Source: an uncultured Holophagales bacterium
GTDB lineage: Bacteria; Acidobacteriota; Thermoanaerobaculia; Multivoradales; UBA5704
Length of the DNA: 64,000 bases
Assembly: GCA_963842525.1 (NCBI GenBank)
Contig: CAWJGT010000014.1
Coordinates: 64,001 to 128,000 of the forward strand
Direction of reading: 5' to 3'
Position 1 is the stretch's first letter; each line of letters begins with the position of its first letter. Of the stretch, positions 54,720-64,000 are shown in pieces. Below the pieces are notes generated by a model. The model did not search any database. It saw only the letters and a program-made list of their open reading frames with translations, and had not been told where the DNA came from. Position numbers and translations under genes: made by a program.

Positions 54720-54959
54720 GCCAACCGCCGTCCTCTTCGCTATAGAAGATGTTGATGTGGTAGTCCTTCATGACTCGTCGTTCTCCTGCTCCTGGTCACC
54801 CTCGCCCTCCTCGCCCATCTTCAAATTATAGCGCTCCACCAGGCGGAGGAACTGCCTGACCTGGTAGGGCTTGGCCTCCCCGCCTACTTCTTGGATGTTC
54901 AGTAACTCTGGGATATTCTTGTGCACGAAGATGTGGTGGCTTCCGCTCACGCGTGACAA
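54720..54959 (-). pseudogene. Truncated HicA-like toxin and first ~17 codons of HicB-like antitoxin
   Basis: RVSGSHHIFVHKNIPELLNIQEVGGEAKPYQVRQFL lacks its N-terminus; ATGA overlap into MKDYHINIFYSEEDGGW, which then breaks off into REP-like DNA. Confidence 0.68.
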
Positions 54960-55061
54960 GAGCCCGTGTCGATTCCGTCATCCCCTGTTCGACATAGAGG
55001 TAGAGACCGAGGTGAGCAGACACCCGGGCTCCCCGAAACCATTCAACCGAGAGGAGCGGTG

Positions 55062-55496
55062 ATGACCATGCCCGAACCCACGAATCCCATCCACCCCAAG
55101 AGATCGGCTCTGAACATCGTGCTGTGGATCGTTCAAGTGCTGCTCGCGCTTCTGTTCATCTGGGGCGGCGGCTTCAAGCTGGTCATGCCCCTGGAGAAGC
55201 TGACAGCCGGCGGCCCGCTGCCGGGGCCGTTCCTGCGGTTCATCGGAGTGGCCGAGCTGCTGGGCGGCCTGGGCCTGATCCTCCCTGGGCTCCTGCGCAT
55301 CAAGCCGGGTTTGACTCCCCTGGCCGCTGCCGGGCTCGTGATCATCATGGTCGGCGCGGTGTACATCACGTTGACAGGCGGCGGTGGTCCCAACGCCGGT
55401 CCAGCGGCGGCTCTGATACCCGCGGTGACGGGGCTCCTGGCAGCGTTCGCCGCCTATGGCCGCTGGCGGCTTGTGCCTCACCGCTCCAGGCGCTGA
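55062..55496 (+). CDS. DoxX family membrane protein
   Basis: LWIVQVLLALLF...GGFKL, FIGVAELLGGLGLILP, LTPLAAAGLVIIMVGA; RBS GAGGAG. Confidence 0.85.
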   Translation: MTMPEPTNPIHPKRSALNIVLWIVQVLLALLFIWGGGFKLVMPLEKLTAGGPLPGPFLRFIGVAELLGGLGLILPGLLRIKPGLTPLAAAGLVIIMVGAVYITLTGGGGPNAGPAAALIPAVTGLLAAFAAYGRWRLVPHRSRR

Positions 55497-55528
55497 AGAG
55501 GACAGGTTCCGTCAAGGTCGGCGTTGAC

Positions 55529-55925
55529 GCGGAGCCAGAGTCATAGGTCTTTGGCTCGGCGCCAGTGGCGGAGCGGCAAAGACACGTGGCAGTGAAGCTG
55601 TGGCTAAAGCCTCTGGCGCTCCGTCCATGGCGCAGCGGCAAAGACCGTGGCGCGGAGCCAGAGTCACAGGTCTTTGGCTCAGCGCCAGTGGCGGAGCGGC
55701 AAAGACACGTGGCAGTGAAGCTGTGGCTAAAGCCTCTGGCGCTCCGTCCATGGCGCAGCGGCAAAGACCGTGGCGCAGAGCCAGAGTCACAGGTCTTTGG
55801 CTCAGCGCCAGTGGCGGAGCGGCAAAGACACGTGGCAGTGAAGCTGCGGCTAAAGCCTCTGGCGCTCCGTCCATGGCGCAGCGGCAAAGACCGTGGCGCG
55901 GAGCCAGAGTCACAGGTCTTTGGCT
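55529..55925. repeat. 123-bp near-perfect tandem repeat, 3 copies plus a partial one
   Basis: Units start at 55529, 55652, 55775, 55898 with GC(G/A)GAGCCAGAGTCA(C/T)AGGTCTTTGGCTC. Confidence 0.9.
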
Positions 55926-55973
55926 CTTTGGCAGTGACGGCAGGAGACCCTGGATTTCCTGGCTCCCCGGGGG

Positions 55974-56040
55974 GGCGCCCCTCTCCCGCTCGGGGTGGCT
56001 GGGTGGTGGCCGCGCGGGGGAGGGGTCGGGGGAGGGGCTC
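55974..56040. repeat. Palindromic repeat half-copy (same subtype as 12267-12330)
   Basis: GGCGCCCCTCTCCCGCTCGGGGTGGC...GCGCGGGGGAGGGGTCGGGGGAGGGGCTC. Confidence 0.7.
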
Positions 56041-56560
56041 ACGGGTTGGGGGCACGCGACGCGGACGCGGTTCGCCGGGCCCCGAGGAGCGAACGGCTCC
56101 GGAATTCGCCGTAGTGCAGTTGGGTGTCGGCGTTCCAGTTCCCTGTCGACACCAGGCTCTCCGGCGTGTAGGGGCGCTGCAGGAAGCTGTCCTTCCCGGT
56201 CCGCTCGACCAGGAAGCGGTAGGGGACGGCCGCGAGCTCGCCCGAGCCGTTGGCACACACCAGCTCGCCCTCCAGGATGAGCCAGCGGTGCTTCTTGGGG
56301 ATCTCGATCAACGCGATGCCTTCCGGACCCGCGGGGGCCTGCTTCAGGACCTCCTCGGTCAGCAGATCGTAGATCCACCACTCGGAGGCGAAGTAGCGGG
56401 CTCCGTCGCGCACGCCACAACCGGCCCGGAGCCGCCCCGTCTCGTCGGTCTTCGTGCAGCCGAACAGCAGATCGTTCTCGCCGCAGACAGGAATCTCGGC
56501 GGCGCAGAGAGTCAAGGGAACGAGGAGCAGAGAGACGCAAATCCAGATCCTGGCGCGCAC
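56039..56560 (-). CDS. Secreted hypothetical protein
   Basis: GTG at 56560 after AAAGGAGG; signal peptide MRARIWICVSLLLVPLTLCA. Confidence 0.6.
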   Translation of the reverse strand: MRARIWICVSLLLVPLTLCAAEIPVCGENDLLFGCTKTDETGRLRAGCGVRDGARYFASEWWIYDLLTEEVLKQAPAGPEGIALIEIPKKHRWLILEGELVCANGSGELAAVPYRFLVERTGKDSFLQRPYTPESLVSTGNWNADTQLHYGEFRSRSLLGARRTASASRAPNP

Positions 56561-56693
56561 GAATCCTCCTTTCGGACACCTCGGCACCGGGCGAAGCCAG
56601 TCAGGCATACGCCCGGGCCCGGAGATGCCGCCGGCCCGTGAGGTCACCCTCTTGAACGTTTCAACTGGAGGAATTGTATCACGGGGAAGCCTC

Positions 56694-56815
56694 GCCCAGG
56701 GTTCACACCCTGGGCTACCGAATGGCGCCCTCCGGGCTAGCAAGAATGACGGTCGAAAAGCCCGGGATTCGAGCCCGGAGGGCGGAACTGGGTAGCCTCG
56801 GGTGTCAACCCGGGG
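56694..56815. repeat. REP/REPIN-like nested palindrome related to 42794-43014
   Basis: GCCCAGGGTTCACACCCTGGGCTACC...CGCCCTCCGGGCT / AGCCCGGAGGGCG...GGTAGCCTCGGGTGTCAACCCGGGG. Confidence 0.65.
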
Positions 56816-56819
56816 CGAT

Positions 56820-58469
56820 CTACTCCTCCCGCACAGCCTCGGGGGCCCGCCCGAAGTCGCCAGGCATCTCGGCCGCGGCATAAGCGGCCGCGGCCCAGGC
56901 GGCGACGTTCTGGTCCATGTCCTTGGGGTCGATCTTGTCGAGCGTGTCGTTGGCGGTGTGGTGCCAGTCGAAATAGTCCGTGCCGTCCTGGTTGAGGCTG
57001 AGGACCGGGACGCGGGCCGGGGTCATCGGGATCAGGTCCGCTCCTCCGCCGGCTTCGTTGTTGCCGCGCTCGATGCCGAGCGGAGCGAGCACCTTGGCGA
57101 TCTGGTCGACAACCGGCAGCGTCTCGGGAGCGACCCTTGTGGAGATGCGCCAGACCTTGCCGGAGCCGAAGTCCGACTCGCCGGCCAGGACGTGCCGCGG
57201 CAGCTCGGCCTCGTGCGCCTGGGCATAGGCTCGGGCTCCGGAGAGGCCGAACTCCTCGTTGGCGAAGAGCACGACCCGGACTGTCCGGCGGGGCCGTTGT
57301 TTCAGCGCGCCGATCCGCCGCGCCGCCTCCATCACGATGGCGCAGCCGGCGCCGTCGTCGACTGCGCCGGTCCCCGGATGCCAGGAGTCGAGATGGCAGC
57401 CGAGGAGGACGATCTCCTCCGGCTTCTCCCGTCCCGGGATCTCGCCGATCACGTTCGCCGACTCGGCGTCGGGGAGGTGGCGGCTGGTCAGCTTCAGGCG
57501 GAAGGTCACCGGCTTGCTGCTGGCGACCTGGGCGGACAGCAGATCGGCGTCCGGGTTCGAGAGCGCCGCCGCCGGGATGCGCGGCACGCCTTCTTCATAG
57601 CGGAGCGAGCCGGTGTGGGGCGTGCGGTTGTTGTCGGTTCCCACGGAGCGGATCAGGACCGCGACCGCCCCGAGCTTCGCGCCGGCCGAAGCTCCCCGGC
57701 CGCGCGCACCGACCGCCTCGCCGTAGCCGGAGCCGTCCTTCCGGCGCTCCATCCGCTTGCTGATGAAGACGATCTTGCCCCGGACCGCTTCCGCATCCAT
57801 CTTGTCGAGCGCTTCGACGGAAGGGACCTCCACGACCGGCGCCTCGATCCCGCCGTCCGGCGTACCGACGCTGCCGCCAAGGGCGATCAGCACCACCGGC
57901 TGCGGCCAGGGCGCGGTGATCCACCCTTCCCCCGTGCCGATGTCCCAGTGCGGGACCGTGACCTTCTCCGCGCGGACGTTCTGGAAGCCCAGCTCCTTCA
58001 TCGTCCGCAGCCCCCACTCGACCGCCCGGCGGTCTCCCTCGGAGCCCGCCGGGCGCGACCCGACCTCGGTGGTCAGGGAACGGACGATTTCGAAGGCTCC
58101 GGTGCCCTGGAGGGCACCGTCGCGCAGGGAGGCTGCGGTGGCTAGGGTGGCCTCCGGGAGAGGGGTGATCGGATCGGTGGCGTCGGCGGCGCGGCACGAG
58201 GCGGCGGCCGCGAGGAGGAGGATTGCGGAGAGGATGGAGGCCGTGGTCCTCACCCCCTGTCCCCCTCTCCCATCTCCCACCCGCCCCATCCCCGGGAGAG
58301 GGGGGACGTTGATGGGGCGGTCTGCGCGAGTCCCTGGCAGCCCATCTGCGGAGGGCTTGTCTCGACCTTGCCTCGGACGCTCTGCCTGCGTCCCCCCTCT
58401 CCCGGCGGGGGGTGGAAGGGAGATGGGAGAGGGGGACAGGGGGTGAGGACCCGCCGGGCGTACCGTCAT
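56820..58469 (-). CDS. M28 family metallopeptidase (carboxypeptidase Q-like, PA domain); start is ATG 58469 or GTG 58253
   Basis: CHLDSW, GAVDDGAG, LFANEEFGLSGA, ESDFG, YFDWHHTANDTLDKID. Confidence 0.88.
   Translation of the reverse strand: MTVRPAGPHPLSPSPISLPPPAGRGGTQAERPRQGRDKPSADGLPGTRADRPINVPPLPGMGRVGDGRGGQGVRTTASILSAILLLAAAASCRAADATDPITPLPEATLATAASLRDGALQGTGAFEIVRSLTTEVGSRPAGSEGDRRAVEWGLRTMKELGFQNVRAEKVTVPHWDIGTGEGWITAPWPQPVVLIALGGSVGTPDGGIEAPVVEVPSVEALDKMDAEAVRGKIVFISKRMERRKDGSGYGEAVGARGRGASAGAKLGAVAVLIRSVGTDNNRTPHTGSLRYEEGVPRIPAAALSNPDADLLSAQVASSKPVTFRLKLTSRHLPDAESANVIGEIPGREKPEEIVLLGCHLDSWHPGTGAVDDGAGCAIVMEAARRIGALKQRPRRTVRVVLFANEEFGLSGARAYAQAHEAELPRHVLAGESDFGSGKVWRISTRVAPETLPVVDQIAKVLAPLGIERGNNEAGGGADLIPMTPARVPVLSLNQDGTDYFDWHHTANDTLDKIDPKDMDQNVAAWAAAAYAAAEMPGDFGRAPEAVREE
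58248..58449. repeat. Full palindromic repeat overlapping the 5' end of the M28 peptidase
   Basis: CCTCACCCCCTGTCCCCCTCTCCCATCTCCC...GGGAGATGGGAGAGGGGGACAGGGGGTGAGG. Confidence 0.8.
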
Positions 58470-58486
58470 CGTCCCTGTCCCGATCC

Positions 58487-59614
58487 TCAGGCCGCGACCG
58501 GCAGCCGGTTCATCTGCCGCAGGGTCTGCTTCCACTCCGCGAGCGCCTTCTCGAGGGCGTGGTAGGTCAGGCCCAGCCGGGTCTCCCAGGGCATGTGCGA
58601 CTCTTCAGCGGCTGCCGCCTTCCTGGCCGGGCGCCGTTGCAGCGTCAGCAATTCGTGCAGCGCGGCCTGCAGCCGGGCATGGGCCTCGTGCAGGCGCTTC
58701 TCGGCGTCCTCGCGGAGGTGGTGCACCACGTTCTCCATCCTCTCCCGCGCGGCCTCGAACTGCAGCTCAACCTTGGCCTTGAGCACGGCCGCCTCGGGCG
58801 CCCGCCGGATGTCCTTGACCAGGCCCACCTTGGACATCAGGTAGATGGCCCACTTGGCGGGGTCGAACTGCCAGACCTTGACGCCGTTGCGGTAGTCGAA
58901 CGGGAAGCTGTGGTGGTAGTTGTGGTACCCCTCGCCGAACGCCAGCACCGCCATGATGCCGCTGTCGCGGGCGCTGTGCTCGCGGCTGTACGGCTGCCGC
59001 CCGATCATGTGGCAAAGGCTGTTGATGAAGAAGGTCGTGTGGTGGCTGACCACGACGCGCAGCACGCCGCCGATCAGGAGGCAGCCCAGCAGCTCGCCGG
59101 TGAGCAGGCCGACCACCAGCGGGATGCCGAACGCCACGCCGAGGCCGAGGAGCACGTACCAGCGGTCCTGCCAGACCACGAGCCGGTCCTCCATCAGGTC
59201 GCGGACGACCGTGCGGCTGGGCTTCTCGCTCTCGAAGAAGATCCACCCGATGTGGGCCCACCAGAACCCCTTCTGGATGTTGTAGGGGTCGCGCTCCTCG
59301 TCGACGTGCGCATGGTGGACCCGGTGGTCGGCGGTCCAGGCGAGGACCGAGTTCTCGAGCGCGCCGGCGCCGAAGACCAGGAAGAAGAGGCGCACCGGCC
59401 AGGCCGCCTGGTAGGTCTTGTGGGCGAAGAGGCGATGGTAGCCGCCGGTGATCGACAGCCCGACGGCGAGCCAGATCCCGGCAAACGTCAGGGTCTCCGG
59501 CCAGCCGAGGCCGTGCGTCATCAGATACCAGGGTGTACCGACGAGGGCGATGAGCAGGGTTCCCAGCAGGAAAATGGTGCTGGTCACATTGACACGGGGT
59601 TTCTCTTCGGCCAC
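58487..59614 (-). CDS. Delta-9 acyl-CoA/fatty acid desaturase
   Basis: His boxes GYHRLFAH, DHRVHH, NSLCH, GEGYHNYHH, DYRNG; coiled-coil C-terminus. Confidence 0.92.
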   Translation of the reverse strand: MAEEKPRVNVTSTIFLLGTLLIALVGTPWYLMTHGLGWPETLTFAGIWLAVGLSITGGYHRLFAHKTYQAAWPVRLFFLVFGAGALENSVLAWTADHRVHHAHVDEERDPYNIQKGFWWAHIGWIFFESEKPSRTVVRDLMEDRLVVWQDRWYVLLGLGVAFGIPLVVGLLTGELLGCLLIGGVLRVVVSHHTTFFINSLCHMIGRQPYSREHSARDSGIMAVLAFGEGYHNYHHSFPFDYRNGVKVWQFDPAKWAIYLMSKVGLVKDIRRAPEAAVLKAKVELQFEAARERMENVVHHLREDAEKRLHEAHARLQAALHELLTLQRRPARKAAAAEESHMPWETRLGLTYHALEKALAEWKQTLRQMNRLPVAA

Positions 59615-59783
59615 GGTGCTCTCCGGGAAATGATCGGCGTACCGACCCTGTTATCCTTCCTTGACCCTCCCTGATCCGGGCAGGTACGCTGCGGACCACG
59701 GATTTGTGACGGCGCGGAGAGGATACCAGAGTGGCTGCCCGGCCGACGCCCCTATTCTTGCCAACACCGAGAGGAGACGAGAT

Positions 59784-60164
59784 ATGCCCCGATCCCTGAC
59801 TTCCCTGACCACCCTTGCTGTCCTCTGCCTCGCGATGGTCGCCGGGGTCGCCGGCCCGGCCTTCGCCGCCGAGAACGGCATCCGGCCGGCCCTGAAGCAG
59901 GTCGAGACCAAGAAGGTCTGCATGGTGAACAACCAGGTCTTCGACAAGGACCAGATCCCGGTGCAGGTCGATGGCAAGACCTATTACGGCTGCTGCGAGA
60001 TGTGCAAGGAGCGCCTCGCCAAGGACGTCGAAGCGCGGACCGCGACCGACCCCGTCACCGGCAAGAAGGTCGACAAGGCCACGGCCGTGATCGCCGCCCA
60101 GCCGGACGGCAACGTCCTCTATTTCGAGAGCCAGGAGACGCTCGCGCAGTACGGCAAGAAGTAA
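59784..60164 (+). CDS. Secreted YHS/TRASH-like metal-binding protein
   Basis: Signal peptide, VCMVNN, VDGKTYYGCCEMC, DPVTGKKVDK, YFES; RBS GAGGAG. Confidence 0.72.
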   Translation: MPRSLTSLTTLAVLCLAMVAGVAGPAFAAENGIRPALKQVETKKVCMVNNQVFDKDQIPVQVDGKTYYGCCEMCKERLAKDVEARTATDPVTGKKVDKATAVIAAQPDGNVLYFESQETLAQYGKK

Positions 60165-60205
60165 GAGGGCGGCTCAGAAGTCTTCGCAAGGTCGCCGCCG
60201 CGGTC

Positions 60206-60349
60206 CCTCACCCCCGGCCCCTCTCCCATCCGCACTCACACCCGCCCGGGAGAGGGGAGCCCCCACCCAAGAGCTTCCTGATCGTGTATTTCCCCCCTCT
60301 CCCGGGGGAAGGGAGTGCGGATGGGAGAGGGGGGCCAGGGGGGTGAGGG
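60206..60349. repeat. Full palindromic repeat
   Basis: Near-identical to 51594-51739 including the central spacer GAGCTTCCTG...TG(C/T)ATTT. Confidence 0.8.
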
Positions 60350-60483
60350 ACCTACCTCGCCGCCCCGGCCGGCGTCCCCAACACCTGCTGCACCCATCCT
60401 TCGATGGCCGCCGCCACAACAGAACGGCCGGCCGAAGGGATTCCGGTCCCTGTGATACGTTCGCTCCCATCCAGGAGGCCGCC

Positions 60484-61287
60484 ATGAAGCGATACAAGGT
60501 CAAGCCGGGCAAGAAGGTGAACCTGACGCGGAATGACCCGGGCGACACGCACGAGGCCCCCAAGGGCAAGGCGAAGACCGAGAAGATCTTCGCCGACCTC
60601 AACGGCCGGCTGGAGGAGATGCAGGAGCTGCTCTGGGCCGGGCACCGGCACAAGGTGCTCATCGTCCTCCAGGGGATGGACACCAGCGGCAAGGACGGCG
60701 TCATCCGCCACGTCTTCGAGGGGGTCAACCCCTCGGGTGTCCAGGTCGTCTCGTTCAAGGCCCCGACCCCGGTGGATCTCGATCACGATTTCCTCTGGCG
60801 GGTCCACCCGCACGTGCCCGGACGGGGTGATCTGGTGATCTTCAACCGCAGCCACTACGAGGACGTGCTCGTCGCCCGCGTGCGCAAGCTCGTGCCCGAG
60901 GAGGTCTGGCAGCCCCGCTACCGCCAGATCTGCGATTTCGAGCGGCTCCTGGCCGAGACCGGCACCACCATCCTCAAATTCTTCCTCCACATCAGCGAGG
61001 ACGAGCAAAGGAAACGGCTCCAGGCCCGCCTCGAAGACCCCACCAAACGCTGGAAGTTCCGCAAGGGAGACCTCGAGGACCGCGCTCTCTGGGGCGACTA
61101 CATGAAGGCTTACGAGGACGCCCTGGAACAGACCAGCACGGACGAGGCGCCCTGGTACATCGTGCCTTCCGACAAGAAGTGGTATCGCAACCTGGTCGTC
61201 GCCACGATCCTGGTCGAAACCCTGGAGAAGCTCGACCTCCGCTCTCCGGAACCGGAGGAGGACCTCGAAGGGCTCGTAATCGAGTAG
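60484..61287 (+). CDS. ppk2: Polyphosphate kinase 2 family protein
   Basis: VLQGMDTSGKDG, FKAP, HDFLWR, IFNRSHYEDVL, KFFLHIS, RWKF, APWYIVPSDKKW. Confidence 0.9.
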   Translation: MKRYKVKPGKKVNLTRNDPGDTHEAPKGKAKTEKIFADLNGRLEEMQELLWAGHRHKVLIVLQGMDTSGKDGVIRHVFEGVNPSGVQVVSFKAPTPVDLDHDFLWRVHPHVPGRGDLVIFNRSHYEDVLVARVRKLVPEEVWQPRYRQICDFERLLAETGTTILKFFLHISEDEQRKRLQARLEDPTKRWKFRKGDLEDRALWGDYMKAYEDALEQTSTDEAPWYIVPSDKKWYRNLVVATILVETLEKLDLRSPEPEEDLEGLVIE

Positions 61288-61346
61288 ATGCGGCACCTCC
61301 TTCTATGTGGGGGGAAAAGTCAACCCTATACAAGGAGGAGGAGCAC

Positions 61347-63450
61347 GTGAGGACTTTTGCTTCGAAGCGTTTTTGCGTCGTAGCACTGGCAGCGGCAGTG
61401 CTGTGTCCGTCGTTGGCCTTCGCCATCCAACCGCCCACCGAGCCGGAGGAGCTGGCGCTGACTCGTGCAGCCATCTTCGCCCCTGCGGTTGCGGTCCCCG
61501 AGCTCGACGTCGCCCCCTCGCTGGCGATCTACGAGCGGGGGTCCCGCCAGGCTGCGGACCTCGAGCAGACACAGCGGTTCTTCGCCCACCATTCCAATGA
61601 CTGGGAAGTCCGCCTGGACACCCGCGGCAACCGGCCCAACCTGATCCAAGGCGCCGGCGTTCCGCTGCTGCCGGGCCGGGGCAACCGCCTGACCCGCGAG
61701 GAGCTGCGGCTCGGGCACGACGGCGCCATCCGGCTGGCCGACGTCGAGGCCCGGCTGCGCGGCTTCCTGGACGAGTTCCCCGAGCTGCTGGGGTCTCGCA
61801 GGATCAGCTCCGGCTCGATCCGAGCGGCCAGCGTCAACGTCGGCCCGGACAAGCAGCTCTGGTTCGTCGAGCTCCAGCAGTTCCACCACGGCGTCCCGGT
61901 CGACGGGCGCCAACGTCTTCTTCCGGATCAACAACGGCAACATCGTCCAGCTCGGCGCCGAGCGGGTCGGCCGACGTCCGCATCGGCACCCGTCCCCGGA
62001 TCAACCGCGAAGCGGCCTTTGCCGCGGCCCTGAAGGTGCTCGGCGCCCGCGTCTCCCAGGTCACCGAGATCGTCAACCCCGGGCACGCTCCGGATTCGTC
62101 CCGACCCTGACCGCGGGAGAGCGGCCGGCCGAGAAGCTTCACCGGCACCCGCGGACGCGGCTATCAGCCACCTCCTGGTCTGGGCGGTCGCCTTCCGCCG
62201 CGCGGGTGACGCCGCCACCTGGCAGGCCGAGGTCGACGCCAGGAGCGGCAAGCTCCTGCAGCTCGTCGACCTCAACTACTACGCCCAGGTGACCGGCGGC
62301 ATCTATCCCACGACCAACACCGACCCGGAGTCGGTCCGCGGCCTTCCCGTTCGCCAACGTGACCAACGGCACCGTCAAGATCACCGACGCCAACGGCAAT
62401 TACACCTACTGGCGGCGGCACCGCCACCTCGACCCTGAACGGCCGCTATATCAAGATGACCGACAACTGCGGCGCGATCTCGCTGTCCAACAGCACGACC
62501 GGCAACCTCGCCTTCGGCACCAGCGGCGGCACCGACTGCACGACGCCCGGCGTGGGCGGCGTCGGCAACACCCACGCCAGCCGCACGGGCTTCTACCATC
62601 TGACCAACATCAACCGGAAGGCGGCCGGGCTTCCTGCCGGGCAATGCCTGGCTCAACGGCACGCTGACCGCCAACATGAACATCAACAGCACCTGCAACG
62701 CCTTCTGGAACGGCAGCACCGTCAACTTCTACCGCTCGGGCGGCGGCTGCTCGAACACCGGCGAGATCGCCGCGGTGTTCCTCCACGAGTGGGGCCACGG
62801 CATGGACACCAACGCGGGCGGCGCGGCGAGCGACAAGGGCACCGGCGAGGCGGTGGGTGACACCTTCGCCTTCCTGGAGACCAAGGACGGTTGCATCGGC
62901 CGAACTTCCAGCCGGGGGTCAACTGCGCCAATTGCACGCAACCTGCACGGGCGTCCGCGACGTCAAGGCGTTCTTCGCTCCGGGGCAGCCAGGACGATCG
63001 CCAAGCCGAGCACGGTGGCGGACAACAACGGCATCAACTGCGACCGCTTCTCCTGCCCGTACTACCAATTCATCTTCATCGGCGCCTACCAGGGGCCCAT
63101 GGGCTACGAGGGGCACTGCGAGAGCTACATCGCCAGCTCGGCGAACTGGGACCTCGCGCAGTCGCTGGTCAGCCACTACGGCACGACCGCCGGCTGGGCC
63201 GCCATGGATTCCATCTGGTACAAGAGCCTGACGCCCAGCAAGAGCCGCCTATCAAGTGGCCTCGGGCGGCAAGTGCAACCCGGCCGCCACGGTGAACGGC
63301 TGCGGCGCGACCAACTGGTACACGGTCTACCTAGCGGCCGATGACGACGACGGCAACCTGGCGAACGGCACCCCGAACGCCTGCCGGATCTGGGACGCCT
63401 TCAACGCCCACGGGATCGCCTGCGGCAGCAGGCCGACCTGCACGGTGTAA
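61347..63450 (+). CDS. Secreted zinc metalloprotease, M4/M36-like with propeptide; many frameshifts
   Basis: Signal peptide from GTG 61347 (RBS AGGAGGAG), FTP-like QQFHHGVPV, PepSY-like AEVDARSG, CNAFWNG, HEWGH, GEAVGD, DDDDGNLANGTPN. Confidence 0.75.
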
Positions 63451-63655
63451 CCTCACCCCCTGTCCCCCTCTCCCATCGCACTCCCTGCCCCCGGGAGAGG
63501 GGGAACGTTGTTGTTGCTCTGAGGGAATAGCTGGCAGTTTCTTCTCAGAGACTCTATTTTTTCGAGAAAACCTCGACCTCGCCTTAAAGCTCCAACTGCG
63601 TCCCCCCTCTCCCGGTCGGGGGGAGTGCGATGGGAGAGGGGGACAGGGGGTGAGG
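63451..63655. repeat. Full palindromic repeat abutting a stop codon
   Basis: CCTCACCCCCTGTCCCCCTCTCCCATCGCACTCCC...GGGAGTGCGATGGGAGAGGGGGACAGGGGGTGAGG. Confidence 0.8.
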
Positions 63656-63675
63656 TCTGCTATCCTCACCCGACC

Positions 63676-64000
63676 TTGAGCCGCAACGATCCTCGCAAGC
63701 CGTCCCGGGCGCAGCGCCGGGCCGCCGCGGCCGCCAATCGCCAGGGCCGGAAAGGCCCCGGGCCGGCCGGCTCGCGCGCCGACCTTTGGATCTCGCTGGG
63801 CCTCACCCTCCTCGCCTGGCTCCACCGCCTCGCCTTTTTGCGCTCGAACCGGGACTGGGACTGGCCTTACACCATCTTCTACGAAGGCGACTCCGAGACC
63901 TTCTTCCGCTATGCCCGCGCGCTCCTCGCGGGCCAGCTCTACGACAGCGGCATCCCCTTCCATCCGCCGGGGTTCGCCTGGGTGCTGACCGTCGTCCATA
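63676..64000 (+). CDS. Membrane protein, probable GT-C (ArnT/PMT-like) glycosyltransferase, partial
   Basis: Open frame from TTG 63676: TM helix LWISLGLTLLAWLHRLAF, then EGDSETFFRYA...PFHPPGF; runs off the window. Confidence 0.55.
   Translation, partial: MSRNDPRKPSRAQRRAAAAANRQGRKGPGPAGSRADLWISLGLTLLAWLHRLAFLRSNRDWDWPYTIFYEGDSETFFRYARALLAGQLYDSGIPFHPPGFAWVLTVVH

Noticed and set aside
55529-55925. Possible CRISPR array
   Set aside because: Sequences between the hairpins are near-identical rather than unique spacers, and no cas genes are present.

Overview
GC-rich bacterial DNA (roughly 70% GC by eye). Acidobacteriota is the likely source, inferred from the ADOP-type permease, YfhO-like protein and repeat families. 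Many single-base frameshifts look like long-read assembly errors. About 40 kb (7.4-47 kb, minus strand) is a lipopeptide NRPS cluster: a ~26 kb FAAL-ACP-(C-A-T)x7 gene whose last A domain (Thr) is interrupted by an FkbM-type methyltransferase, a second NRPS with an N-terminal family-4 glycosyltransferase (GT-C-A-T), and a translationally coupled divergent SHMT. No thioesterase is seen. Immediately downstream of the large NRPS and co-oriented with it is a RiPP cassette missed by the ORF track: two tandem 51-aa precursor peptides (CPTC motif, near-identical C-terminal halves ending in Asp), a DUF692/MNIO enzyme and its partner protein. This is the best candidate for an undescribed system. Also present are palindromic repeats inserted in frame into protein-coding genes, several internally deleted gene remnants (TIR-NB-ARC-WD40, NRPS, GH76-like, HicAB), a pseudo-receiver-DUF4388-DegV fusion, and ordinary flanking genes (peptidases, desaturase, PPK2, DinB, DoxX, Uma2). 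All family calls and A-domain codes were read by eye, not by database search.
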